NCBI GenBank assembly: GCA_951406725.2
Contig: OX597820.1
Span: forward strand, 55,800,001 to 55,864,000
Source of the DNA: Octopus vulgaris
Taxonomy: Eukaryota
Reading direction: 5' to 3'
DNA length: 64,000 nt
Shown: positions 1-11,759 of the stretch, one piece after another
How the letters are laid out: each line of letters starts with the position of its first letter
Position numbering within the stretch: position 1 is the first letter of the stretch
Made by a program: the position numbers and the translations under genes
The notes under the pieces: model-generated
The model's database searches: none
Told to the model about the DNA's origin: nothing
Seen by the model: only the letters and a program-made list of their open reading frames with translations

Positions 1-520
1 TTTATCTCTTACTCTCTCTCTCTCTCCCTCTCTACCTCTTACTTTCTCTCTATCTCTTACTTTTTTCTATAGTTCTCTAATGCTAAATTTTAAACTTTTT
101 TCTTTCATTCTTTATTTTTCATTTTATATTTCATTCATTATTTCTTTTTTTTTTCTTCTTCTTTTCATTCTTTCTTTCTTTCTTTCTTTATCCCTTCCTC
201 TCTTACTTTCTCTCTATCACTCCTTTTCTCTATAGTTCTCTTTCTAACTCTCACTAACTTTTTCTTTCTTTTATTTAATTTCTCTTTCTTTATTTCCTTT
301 ATTTCATTATTTTCTCTTTTTTATTTCTTTTTTCTTCCTCCCTTTCTTTATTCCTCCCTTCCATCCTTCCCTCCTTTCGTCCTTCCTACCTTCCTTCCTT
401 CCTTCCTTCCTTCGTTCCATCCTTCCCTCCTTTCGTCCTTCCTTCTTTCCTTTTTTTCTCAAGTTCTCTTTTTTGCCCCATCTTGCTCACTCTTTTCCTA
501 GCTCTATATTTCTTTCTCTT
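1..520. repeat. Polypyrimidine low-complexity tract
   Basis: (CT)n, (CTTT)n and (CCTT)n runs. Confidence 0.85.
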
Positions 521-1057
521 ATCTATCTGTATGTCAGTCTTAAATGTTTGTATCTCTGTGTTTGTTGGTTCCCCTCCCCATACCACTTGACAACCAGTTT
601 TAAGTTTGTTTACACCCCACCTATAACTTAACAGTCCAACAAAACGAGACCAACACAATAAATACCAGACTTACGAAATAAGTACTGAGGCTGATTTGTT
701 CAACTAAACCTTTCGGGATGGTGCCCCAGCATGGCCACAGTCCAATGACTGAAACTAGTCAAGAATAAAAGAATCTGTCAGCTACATAGCATCACTGACG
801 CATTGGCAATAAATGGCTTGTCAGCCTCACCTGGACATAGTCATCATCAATATGTATAGGTGAATGAGGATGTACATATGTGTTTGTATAGTGTATACAG
901 GGTGGGCCAAAAGTCACAAAATAAGTTCAGTACAGTCCAGAATTGTCAAAGACATGCTTCGGTTTTGCTAAAATTGAATGGAGTAAATAAAATGAAGTGC
1001 ATCCAGCTGTGGACACTCTGCCTCAGCAACTTCTGTGTGAGCATGAATAAGATGACA

Positions 1058-1285
1058 TTAACCCATTAGTATTTAAACTGGTCATACCTGGCCCAAATAT
1101 TCTACCTGTTTTATGTTCAGATCAGTCAGATCCAACCTTTCATACCTATCCTACATTGTCATTCTAAAACTGAATGTTCATATCATTAAAATATGAAAGC
1201 TAAGAGTTAATACATGATTAATTTAAACCAATGTGGATTAATATGCAGAACATCTAAGAGAATAATCTGAATGCTAAAGAGTTAA
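1058..1285. mobile_element. Older TTAA-flanked MITE family (related copies near 26106-26314 and 50966-51180)
   Basis: ttaacccattagtatt...aatgctaaagagttaa inverted ends and a shared internal sequence between copies. Confidence 0.65.
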
Positions 1286-1403
1286 AATGATGATGACTAG
1301 ATGTATATAATATATATATATATATTTACAGCTTTTAATAAAATGTTGTAGTATGAAACAATTGTACTAGATTACCGGATTCATTCTTGTTGCTTATTTT
1401 TTT

Positions 1404-1411
<8 letters not shown>

Positions 1412-1485
<74 letters not shown>
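1412..1485. repeat. (TA)n microsatellite
   Basis: About 37 perfect TA units. Confidence 0.95.
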
Positions 1486-1487
<2 letters not shown>

Positions 1488-1890
1488 CGCAGGAGTGGCT
1501 GTGTGGTAAGTAGCTTGCTAACCAACCACATGGTTCCGGGTTCAGTCCTTACTGCATGGCATCTTGGGCAAGTGTCTTCTGCTATAGCCCCAGGCCAACC
1601 AATGCCTTGTGAGTGGATTTGGTAGACGGAAACTGAAAGAAGCCTGTCGTATATATATATGTGTGTGTGTGTGTATGTGATTGTGTGTCTGTGTTTGTCC
1701 CCCTAGCATTGCTTGACAACCGATGCTGGTGTGTTTACGTCCCTGTTACTTAGCGGTTCAGCAAAAGAGACCGATAGAATAAGTACTGGGCTTACAAAGA
1801 ATAAGTCCCGGGGTCGATTTGCTCGACTAAAGGCGGTGCTCCAGCATGGCCGCAGTCACATGACTGAAACAAGTAAAAAAAAAAAAAAAA
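1485..1890 (+). mobile_element. tRNA-derived SINE (dominant family, full length)
   Basis: Head ggcgcaggagtggctgtgtggtaag...gggttcagtcc, core cttgggcaagtg, tail atgactgaaacaagtaaaa; many copies in the window. Confidence 0.9.
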
Positions 1891-1904
1891 TATATAAATA
1901 TATA

Positions 1905-2058
1905 CGACGGGCTTCTTTCAGTTTCTGTCTACCAAATCCACTCACAAGGCTTTGGTCGGCCCGAGGCTATAGTAGAAGACACTTGCCCAAGGTGCCATGC
2001 AGTGGGAATGAACCCGGAACCATATGGTTGGTAAGCAAGCTACTTACCTCACAGCCAC
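1905..2058 (-). mobile_element. SINE 5' half, same family
   Basis: Reverse complement of about 1495-1650. Confidence 0.88.
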
Positions 2059-2269
2059 TATATATTGAAATATTTCTACCAACAGGTTCATATTTTGAAA
2101 TGTTCTAACCGAGAGTGTTATTACACAATGGGTGCATTTCCTATTATATGCTGCACAAACCTGAAATGTACATATTAAATGATTTTCAAAATGTCAGTAT
2201 TTGGTTTGACATTATTATTACGACTTTATACACACACACACATGTTAACAAATGTCACTTTACTTGCAG

Positions 2270-2345
2270 GCTTGGTTTATTCTATGCTCCTTTGATGCCA
2301 TTGTTAATGGTCGTGAAATTGTTTTTTATATTCCACATTAAATGG
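2270..2345 (+). CDS. TMC-family (TMC5/7-like) channel, internal coding exon (LGLFYAPLMPLLMVVKLFFIFHIKW)
   Basis: ttgcag| acceptor and |gtaagt donor. The peptide matches the TMC 'W.G.FF.PLLP....K....FY.K' segment and splices in frame to 4679. Upstream exons are outside the window. Confidence 0.9.
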
Positions 2346-2675
2346 GTAAGTGACATCTCTATTATTTGTATATTGTTTGTGTATCTGTATATATGTCAAC
2401 AGCAATACACAATTATACAGTTTATATCTAGTGATCATCATCATAATCATTATAGTGCATTTTTTTTCTTTTTCCTTCTGATATATGCTGAATAGCTTTC
2501 ATAGCATCTCATCACTCATTGCAAACTTTTTGTCTGTTGGCAGATTCACAATAACACTGAAAACAAGCTAGCCTTGTTGCTGCTGTGTATGCTTTGGTTT
2601 TTATTTTTTTAACGGCTGGCTTTCTTTTCCATCATCAACCTCTGTATGCATGGGTACATGTACTTTTACTTTTAT

Positions 2676-3050
2676 TTTTACTTGTTTCAGTCATTTGACT
2701 GCGGCCATGCTGGAGCACCGCCTTTAGTTGAGCAAATCGACCCCGGGACTTATTCTTTTGCTGAACTGCTAAGTGACGGGGACATAAACACACCAGCATC
2801 GGTTGTCAAGCAATGCTAGGGGGACAAACACAGACACACAAACATATACACACACATACATACATATATATATATACACATATATACGACAGGCTTCTTT
2901 CAGTTTCCGTCTACCAAATCCACTCACAAGGCATTGGTCAGCCTGAGGCTAGAGTTGAAGACACTTGCCCAAGGTGCCACGCAGTGGGACTGAACCCGGA
3001 ACCATGTGGTTGGTAAGCAAGCTACTTACCACACAGCCACTCCTGTGCCT
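2676..3050 (-). mobile_element. SINE, near full length, same family
   Basis: Reverse complement of 1485-1880 with a small internal deletion. Confidence 0.9.
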
Positions 3051-3230
3051 ATACATACATGTATGTATGTTAGTTGGTCGGTGGCAGTGGTGACTAACAT
3101 GTATTCCATACTGGCATGGGTTGAGTATTTTTACAGGATTTCATAGGTTTGAAGACTACATTGTACTCCAATGTCTGCTTTGGCAGGTTTGTTAACACCT
3201 ACCATTTTACAATCTGTATATGCATATATG

Positions 3231-3548
3231 TGGAGGCACAATGGCCCAGTGGTTAAGGCAGCGGACTCGCGGTTGGAGGATCGCGGTTTCGATTCCCAGA
3301 CCTGGCATTGTGTGTGTTTATTGAACGAAAACACCTAAAAGCTCTACGAGGCTCTGGCAAGATGTGGTAGTGACCCCTGTTTTACACTTTTGTCCCAACT
3401 TTCTCTTACTCTTTCTTCCTGTTTCTTGAGTAATGCTGCGATGGACTGGCATCCCGTCCAGCAGGGGGGAACACATATGCCATAGAAACCGAGAAACCAA
3501 GCCCATGAACCTGGCTAGGCTTGAAAAGGGCGCATAAATAAAAAAAAA
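3231..3548 (+). mobile_element. Different tRNA-derived SINE with a Meta-SINE-like core
   Basis: A box tggcccagtgg, B box gtttcgattcc, core ctgcgatggactggcatcccgtccag, A-rich tail. Confidence 0.75.
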
Positions 3549-3559
3549 GGCATATATAC

Positions 3560-3952
3560 AGGCGCAAGAGTGGCTGTGTGGTAAGTAGCTTGCTTACCAA
3601 CCACATGGTTCCGGGTTCAGTCCCCCTGCGTGGCACCTTGGGCAAGCGTCTTCTACTTTAGCCTTGGGCCGACCAAAGCCTTGTGAGTGGATTTGGTACA
3701 CGGAAACTGAAAGAAGCCCATCGTATATATGTATATATATGTATATGTATGTGTGTGTTTGTGTGTCTGTGTTTGTTCCCCCAACATCGCTTGACAACCA
3801 ATGCTGGTGTGTTTATGTCCCCATAACTTAGCAGTTTGGAATAAAGAGTCCACTAGAATAAGTTCTAGGCTTACAAATCCTTGGGTCAGTTTGGTTGACT
3901 AAAGGCGGTGCTCCAGCATGGCCACAGTCAAACGACTGAAACTAGTAAAAGA
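3560..3952 (+). mobile_element. SINE, full length, dominant family
   Basis: Colinear with 1485-1880. Confidence 0.9.
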
Positions 3953-4098
3953 GTATATATATATATATATATATTATATATAACCCTACCTGTAATTGTT
4001 GTTGTTATGGTAATGAATATTATGGGGGTTTTATTATTATTATCATTATAACTGAACAAAATACACAGCTGCATTTCATCCATTTTTATATTCTAAGT

Positions 4099-4284
4099 CA
4101 GGGTTTCCCAACCAGGGATGCTTGCACCCTTTGTGGGTGCGAGCAGGGCTGGATTTACAGGGTGTCAAAAGAGGGCAATTGCCCTGGGCACCTTTATTCT
4201 TATATGAATTATTACTTTAAGGGGTGTGAGAATATATTAAAAGTTTTTAGGGGTGCAGGGCATAACAAGGTTTGGAAACCACTG
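4099..4284. mobile_element. hAT-type MITE, 186 bp
   Basis: Termini cagggtttcccaacc and ggtttggaaaccactg; perfect 8-bp TSD TTCTAAGT at 4091-4098 and 4285-4292. Confidence 0.85.
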
Positions 4285-4678
4285 TTCTAAGTTCAAATTC
4301 CATGAAGGTCAACTTTACCTTTCAGGGTCAATAAAATAAGTACAAGTCAAGTACTACAGTCAATGTAATTGAGTTCTTCCTCCCCTCAAAAACTGCTGGC
4401 ACTGTGCCAAAATTTGAAACCATTATTATCATAACTGAGATCAATATCTTTAGAATGGTGGGTTGACTTTTTTAGTTTCAGAAAAATAAAATGCTTTGCA
4501 CTATTTGTTCAAACTCTTTACATTCTGTCCTCAGATCCTGCCATTCTTTGGGTCAGTAAAATAAAGTAGTATCCATGTACTGGTGATAGGGTGGGGGAGC
4601 AATGTTATTAATTAATCTCTCCCCAAAATTTCTTCTTTTTTTTATATATATTACTATTATTATCTTTTTGTATTTCAG

Positions 4679-4809
4679 GCTAGTGTAATATGCTGTTGCA
4701 GTCCTTCTAAAATGATCTGGAGAGCCTCACGTACACATACAATCTTTCTGGGAGTATTACTGCTGTATTTTGTACTAACAGTTGTTGCAGTTGCTATAAG
4801 TATCTATTA
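4679..4809 (+). CDS. TMC-family exon (ASVICCCSPSKMIWRASRTHTIFLGVLLLYFVLTVVAVAISIY)
   Basis: tttcag| and |gtaagt. Contains the TMC 'C.P....RAS....F' motif followed by a hydrophobic helix; phases are consistent with both neighbours. Confidence 0.92.
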
Positions 4810-5005
4810 GTAAGTAAAAATTTGAGATTTACTGAACTCCATACATGTGTACCTGTCAAGAATACATGTATGCTCACCTGAAACATACGCGCATTCACCT
4901 GGAACAAACACAAGCTTATTTAAAACACATTTTCACCTATCCATAACATATATACATTTACTCAGAACAAATATAAACCCACGTCATTGTCATTTCACCC
5001 TTTAA

Positions 5006-5225
5006 CCCTTTCGTTACTGTATTTATTTGGAGATGCTTTGTGTTTCTTTTAATTACTTTAAATATAACAAATAATTTAGTAAAATAACTTAGTTATCATT
5101 CAGCTAGTATTAGGAACATAAATTGTGACTAAGGTTTGGTGGAAGATTTTAATTCAAAACTTATGAAAACAAGACATTTGTACTCAGAGCCAGAGCCGGT
5201 TTCAGCCAGGTTGGTAACAAAAGGG
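5006..5225. mobile_element. piggyBac-like MITE, 220 bp
   Basis: TTAA on both sides, CCC...GGG termini, TIR ccctttcgttac/gtaacaaaaggg; second copy at 25195. Confidence 0.85.
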
Positions 5226-5509
5226 TTAATGTCCACTCTTCCGTGTTTTCATGGGTCAAACAGAATTTGTTGAGGCTGATTTTCTATTGTTGGATGCCTT
5301 TTGTGTCACCAGCCATCACCTGTTTCCAAGGAAGATAATATTTTCTTCTTTCTAGACATCCTTTTCACTAATGTTGGGTAACAGGCCTCACTCTTATGAC
5401 AGTGATTTTTATTTATAATCATCATGTGATGGTGAGACAAGGATACACACAAATATACGCACTCACAAATACATACACACATACATAGATACACACACAT
5501 ATATACATA

Positions 5510-5731
5510 CATGGCCATTGCCAGCCTCATCTGGCCCCCGTGCAGGTGGTACATAAAAAGCACCCACTACACTCACGGAGTGGTTGGCTTTAGGAAGGGC
5601 ATCAAGCTGTAGAAACACTGCCAGATCAACCTGGGCCTGGCGCAGCCTTCTGGCTTCCCAGACCCCAGTTGAACCGTCCAACCCATGCTAGCATGGAAAA
5701 CGGAGGTTAAATGATGATGATGATGATGATG
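5510..5731 (+). mobile_element. RTE-LINE 3' tail / RTE-mobilised repeat ending in (GAT)n
   Basis: ggttggc.ttaggaagggcatc.agctgtagaaac...ccatgctagcatggaaaacgga.gttaaatgatgatg; same as the tail of the LINE at 22600-23778. Confidence 0.85.
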
Positions 5732-6736
5732 ATATATATATTTTAATATAATCTGGGTAATAAGTTTATAGTGTGCTTTCCAAAGCTCCTCTCTGGGTAT
5801 CAGCTACCAAATGTAATTATATAGTAGGACTTCAGTTACTGGATATACATGTGGAAATCCACAAATATCCATAGACTATAAACAAATTTTAATATGAGAA
5901 GATGGATTAAACAGGCTTTATCTCAATCACTACTATTGTTTCAATGCATCATAATCAGCAGATAATTGCTGAATGTTACATATATTATACACAATATTGT
6001 GTTGATATGATTCAACAATAGCTGTTGAATATATACATATATATATATATATTAAATTTTATTAATAGTTAGGGAATATAAAAATTCCAAGCCGACAGGG
6101 AAAAAAATTCAATTTAGCACACTAAATCAAAAATTCACAATATATTATATGTATATATACATAGAATTTAGAGATAAACTGCTCTAGTTATTGAATCAAT
6201 ACTGAAACGATATTATCTTTCATACTCACATAGAAATTAATTAAATATATTATAATTGTTAATCTAATAATCACAAAACAAATCAAACATTAAATTGACT
6301 ACACGCGTTTCATGAATATATATATATAAATCGATAATATTAAAAGTTAATATTAATTCAATTTAAGAATATATAGCCACACTTCAGGTCAAAAATTAAT
6401 AAAATAAATAACGATATTATAATTAAACCATAAATATATAAATATATATATTTTAACAGTAAATATTCCAATAAAATTTAAACAATATTAATGTAAAGCC
6501 AAAACATAACTTATCTTAGTGATGAAAACCAGTTAAATAAAATTTTAAACTTGAAACTAATGATCTAGCATTCTAAAAAAATCTATCTCATTAAACGTAA
6601 TATAGTTTATTTGGTAGCCAAAAGCCTACTGAATCTTTTGATACCACATATGTCAAAATCAGTAACTTGGTTTTGGAATGCATAAGGAACATACACACAC
6701 ACTCACACATGCAAACTCTCTTTTATATTTATAAGA

Positions 6737-7102
6737 TTACCTCTGCCTTAGTTAAGGCGGAGGTATTGTTTTCAGTCATGTTTGTTTGTTTGCCCGTGGA
6801 CAAGACATCTCAAGAACTGCTGGATGGATTCGGATGAAACATTCAAGGATATTTGGTCTCATGACTGGCATGAACTGATTAGATTTTGGGATTGATCTGG
6901 TACTGGACAAGGTTTCTGGATTATTTTTCTGGCTTTTTTACTTAATTTTTGAGAGCGGTTGGGTTCAGTTTTAACATTCACATTTGTAAGGGCAGTCGAG
7001 TTTATTTCAGATATTCTCATTTTAAAAATCATCTTTGGCTTATCGTTGAGAGGACATTGGTTGTGCCTTGGCAGAGGTTTGCAATCCCTGAGTGTTCTTG
7101 TT
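6737..7102 (+). mobile_element. Helentron/HINE-like non-autonomous element
   Basis: 5' attacctctgcc...ggcggaggta hairpin, (gttt)n, subterminal ccttggcagaggt and a 3' stem-loop. Classification is from recalled pattern. Confidence 0.55.
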
Positions 7103-7142
7103 ATCATTATTATTATCCTTTTTCTCTCTATCATCTTTCCTT

Positions 7143-7329
7143 TCAGTTCTATATTTAAGAGATGAGGAATTATGCACATTATTTACATGATTTACATTTG
7201 ACGGACATTTGTCCTCATCTTTGTTGTTAACACGTTTTGGCTGATATACCCTTCAGTCTTCATCAGATGTCTTGGGGAAATTTTGAACCTGGGTTCTCAT
7301 TCCAAAGGTATTTTTCGATGTTGTTGCTA

Positions 7330-7369
<40 letters not shown>

Positions 7370-7554
7370 CATTATTATTATTATTATTCAGGTCACTGCC
7401 AGGAATCGAACTCAGAATCTTGGGGTTAGTAGCCCCGTGCTCTTAACCACTATGCTATATGCCCACAGGCATATGACATAGTGGGGCATATGGCATAATG
7501 GTTAAGAGCACAGCCTACTAACCCCAAGATTCCGAGTTCGATTCCAGGCAGTGA

Positions 7555-7596
<42 letters not shown>

Positions 7597-7745
7597 CAAC
7601 ATCGAAAAATACCTTAGGAATGAGAAGCCCAGTTTGAAATTTCCCCAAGACACCTGAAGAAGGCTGGAGGTTATATCAGCCAAAACGTTGTGTTAACAAC
7701 AAACAAGATGAGTAAAAATATCTGTTAAATGTAAATAATGTATCT
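7143..7745. mobile_element. Head-to-head inverted pair of a tRNA-headed element with a (TAA)n spacer and hammerhead-like tail
   Basis: Left arm on -, right arm on +. A box TGGCATAATGG (7491-7501), B box GAGTTCGATTCC (7534-7545); CTGAAGA...cagccaaaacgttgtgtt at 7654-7694. Confidence 0.8.
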
Positions 7746-7853
7746 TTCTTTACCTCTCTATAATTTTAAACTTTCTCTTTCTCTCTCTCCCTCTCCTTTC
7801 AGTTATCTCTGTCTTTCTATCTGATATCCTCTCACTCTGCATTTATATTTCAG

Positions 7854-8018
7854 CAACAAACCAAGTGTTGCATGTGGACCATTCAGCCAAATGGATACGG
7901 CCTACGATCTTGTCTCTCTGATGGTTGAGAAATGGCAGTCTTCAAATTTATATCTCAAGAAAATCGTCAGGTTTATTTCTCAACGAGGTTTTATATTTGT
8001 AGTCCTTATTATCTTCTG
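7854..8018 (+). CDS. TMC-family exon (NKPSVACGPFSQMDTAYDLV...RGFIFVVLIIF)
   Basis: tttcag| and |gtgagt; 165 nt, phase 2-2. Contains the hallmark TMC 'PS..CGPF' motif. Confidence 0.93.
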
Positions 8019-8507
8019 GTGAGTATTGACTACCATTTCTGGCCTTCATGGTATTGACTACTATTACTAGCCTGCATCATGGTGGTGGTGATTGTGTCAG
8101 TCCTGGTAAGGACAAGGACAGTGTAAACTTCATCATTCATAATTTACTCACTTTCTTCATCATCACCAGCAAAAGTAACTAGCACTACTTTTCTTTCAGC
8201 TAATTAAAAATTATCATCATTATCTCCAATATCATCATTATGCCAATATCATCATTATTGTCACCATCAACCACCTTCATTATCGTCAATTACTGATAGC
8301 CTCATTATTGTCACTGTCAACCTTCAGCATTATCATGATGATCACTATAAGCACTATCATCATCATTAGCCCCATCATCATGCTTTATTCTTATTAATCA
8401 TTAGCCATCATCATTATTGTTATCAATCTTATTCTCACCTTTATTTTCAAAAGTGTGTGTATCCACGAGAGTATTACATCAAAAAGCTGTGTGTGTGTGT
8501 GTTTCTT

Positions 8508-8826
8508 TTATCTTTTACGTATTTCATTCATTAGAATATGGCCATGCTGGGGCACTGCCTTGAAGAATTTTAACTGAACAAATCAACCCAAGTACTTATT
8601 TCTTAAGCCTGATACTTATTCTGTTAGTCTTTTTTACTGAACCATTAAGGTATGGGGATGTAAACACACCTACACCAGTTATCAAGCAGTGGTGGGTGAC
8701 AAACATACAAACACACACATATATGACGGGCTTCTTTTAGTTCCTGTTTACCAAATCCACTCAAGGCTTTGGTTGGCCCAAGACTTTGGTAGAAGACACT
8801 TACCCAAGATGTCATGCAGTGGGACT
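8508..8826 (-). mobile_element. Degenerate copy of the dominant SINE
   Basis: Similar to 2676-2990. Confidence 0.75.
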
Positions 8827-9210
8827 TAAAATAGGTTATCTTCACAGGAAGCACTGGAATATGTTTTATATTTGGCTGCTTAAAAATGAATAGATCAAAA
8901 AAACTATTCAGAATTTCTTCCGTTTTCTTGGGATCAACATTCCGTCTGGAGTGTGGTGTACTCGTATATGGAGAGTCTTAGTGGTTTTATTATGTATTCA
9001 ACTCTGTACATATTTCATGGTTCTCAAAATAATGTCTAATTTACTTGAAAAATCATCTGTTGTCTTATTACAATGAATCAACAAAGAGACCTCTATACAG
9101 TTGCTTGACATGCTAGAAACAACAGTGAAAATTTCCCTCAAATAACCCACTAACCTTCCCCCACCCCCCAAAAAGACCCATGGAAATTATACTGTGGATA
9201 ACTTAGTTTT

Positions 9211-9540
9211 ACAGTTCTATATTTAAGAGATGAATTATGTACATTATTTACATTATTTACATCTGACAGATATTTGTACTCATCTTGTTTGTTGTTAACA
9301 CATTTCGGCTGATATACTCTACAGCTTTCATCAGGTGTCTTGGGGAAATTTCGAACCTGGGTTCTCATTCCTAAGGTATTTTTCAATGTTATTATTATTA
9401 TTATTATTCAGGTCACTGCCTGGAATCGAACTCAGAATCTTGGGGTTAGTAACCTGTGCTCTTAACCACTACGCCATATGTTGAAGGCTGAAGAGTATAT
9501 CAGATGAGGACAAATATCTGTCAAATGTAAATAACGAACA
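9211..9540 (-). mobile_element. Further copy of the tRNA-head/hammerhead element with a deleted inverted second arm
   Basis: 9211-9480 aligns to 7143-7460; 9481-9540 is a + strand remnant of the tail. Confidence 0.8.
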
Positions 9541-9742
9541 TAGTTTTATGTCCAAATAAAAACGTGATGGCCACAGATGGAATGTTTTTAATCATAGGTC
9601 TACTCACTTGGGACTGACATGAGAGCTAAACAAGAAAAAAAGAAAATGCTAGCAAATATTTCAAACTTGTTATAAGATCGATAACATCAGATGCTGAGTA
9701 ATATTTAGAATATATGTTCTCTTTTTTATTTTTTTGATACAG

Positions 9743-9821
9743 TGTCATAGCATATTACAGTCATATTCTACTGACCAGCCATCGCAAAATGGTGAAGCTT
9801 CTTAAATACCAGCTGGATCTG
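9743..9821 (+). CDS. TMC-family exon (VIAYYSHILLTSHRKMVKLLKYQLDL)
   Basis: tacag| and |gtaagg; in frame. Resembles the TMC7 'FYF.ALA.AHK.VV.QL..QL.LE' segment. Confidence 0.9.
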
Positions 9822-11316
9822 GTAAGGACTAATGTTTATTTTGCCTCTCAAATTGCATTACAAAATAATAATAATAATAATAATAAAGAACCAACAGAGC
9901 TTATTGTAGCATTTTTTTCATAACAATTTCCATGTTATTTGTATTGTGATTGTGTTTTATGATTTAGCCTCATACAATTCTAATTTCAATTACATATGAA
10001 CCAAGCCAACAAAAGATCCTTTATGAGGTTTCTCATCAATCTAGAAACAGTAGCCAAATCTCCCTTTCAAACTGCATTTTCTTAAAAAAAAACAAAATTA
10101 AGGACACATTGGACATTGTAACCAAAGATTTACAAACTACACACAAAAATGGATGGTTAATGGCTGGAACTCTTGAAATGCCTTTCATCAGAAACAATAA
10201 TCATACAACAAACAGACTGGATTCCAAACTGCCCCCTGCTTTGTGCTTTTGAATTCCTCTTGAATAAAATATCCCTTGAAAAACAAATAAGGGTTGGGGA
10301 TAAGATTTATATATGACATAAAATTCCTGCTTCAATTTCCTCTTGCTCAAACCATGCTAGCATGGAAAGATAGATATTAAATGGACAAATTAATGCTACA
10401 TAAAATTATCACCCCGATTCTGTTTCTGCAATATCAGTTCTCTTTCCTACCCACTCCAACTTGTGTATCATTGGTCACAGTCACCCATCAACCTCCTCCC
10501 AATTTCTACAGTTGTCACCTACTCTTCCCTCAACACTTGTTTTTCTTAATATTCACCCTCACACACATTCCCTATCTCTAATGTTCTCTCACTCTCCCAC
10601 ATGCTCTTGTAACCTCTACCCACCGACACTTCTTGCTCCCCTGTCCCTACTCACTTCTACTTATCTGGCATCTTGAGGCTCCACTCTCTCATCTTATTGC
10701 CATTGTTTTTATCTGGAAAAAAATCACCCAGTACACACTGTATAATGGTTGGCGTTTGGAGGAATATCCAACCATTGAAACCATGCTAAAACAGACATTG
10801 GAGCAGGACATAGTATTTTGGGGCTGTTGGATCTTGTCAACCTATGCCAGCATAGATCATGAACATTAAATGATGATGATAATGATTTTTATATAAATAT
10901 TTATAGAGACATGACACACATGTCTCTTTAAGAAGACAAAATTTTACAGCTAATGCTGGTTCACATTTTCACTTTGTCCAGACATTATAAATAAGACACA
11001 CATTAGAGTATGTGCGAGTGTATGTATATAAAACTGCTGAGTGGTTGGTGTTAGGAAGGGCATCCAGCTGTAAAAATCCTGTCAAAACAGTCACAGAAGT
11101 CTGGTGCAGGCTTCAGCCTGGCCAGCTTTTGTGGTACCATCCCACCTATACTAGCATGGAAGATGGATGTTAAATGATGATGATGATGGTGATATATATA
11201 TATATTCTTTTATTATTTTTCTTGTTTCAGTCATTTGATTGTGGCCATCATTATTAATAAATAATATTAATATAAATGGCTAGCAAGCATAAAAATCAAA
11301 AAGACAAATTTATAAA

Positions 11317-11740
11317 TTTATAAATCTATAATTATAATTAAGGGTACCAGATAGTACCAGCATTGCTAGAAATAAGAGTCAAATCATACTCAAATAAGCT
11401 GCAATATCACTGAAAATTTAACAAGCTGATGAAATCAAGGAGTCTTTCAACGATTTTAACATGTATGATGAAGCGGGCATTGATTTAACCCCAGGCAGCA
11501 AGACCCACTGATGAGGACTAAGAGTATTATCTCAGAGTTTGAAATCACATGATATGGGTATACGTGCAAATTCACTTATGTCTTTCCCCCACAAATGGTA
11601 GGTTGACTCTTTACTCGCTCCTCGATTTCATCAGCTTGTTAAATTTTCAGTGATATGTGGCTTATTCGAGTATTTTCGACTCTTATTTCTAGTAATGCTG
11701 GTACTGTCTGGTACCCTTAATTATAATTATAAATTTATAT
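11317..11740. mobile_element. Fold-back element (about 120-bp inverted arms) enclosing a hammerhead; probably Penelope-derived
   Basis: About 11317-11442 is the reverse complement of about 11618-11740 with scattered mismatches. Confidence 0.7.
11503..11559 (+). ncRNA. Type I hammerhead ribozyme motif (Penelope-type)
   Basis: Stem I accca/tgggt; CTGATGA 11508-11514; stem II ggact/agttt; GAAA 11541-11544; near-palindromic stem III atcacatgat; UH = TA at 11553-11554. Confidence 0.7.
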
Positions 11741-11759
11741 ATATATATCACCACCCTAA

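Noticed and set aside
7483-7560. tRNA gene (also 3231-3305 and the SINE heads)
   Set aside because: A/B boxes are present but each is fused to a repeat body, lacks a clean acceptor stem, and diverges between copies; these are SINE heads.
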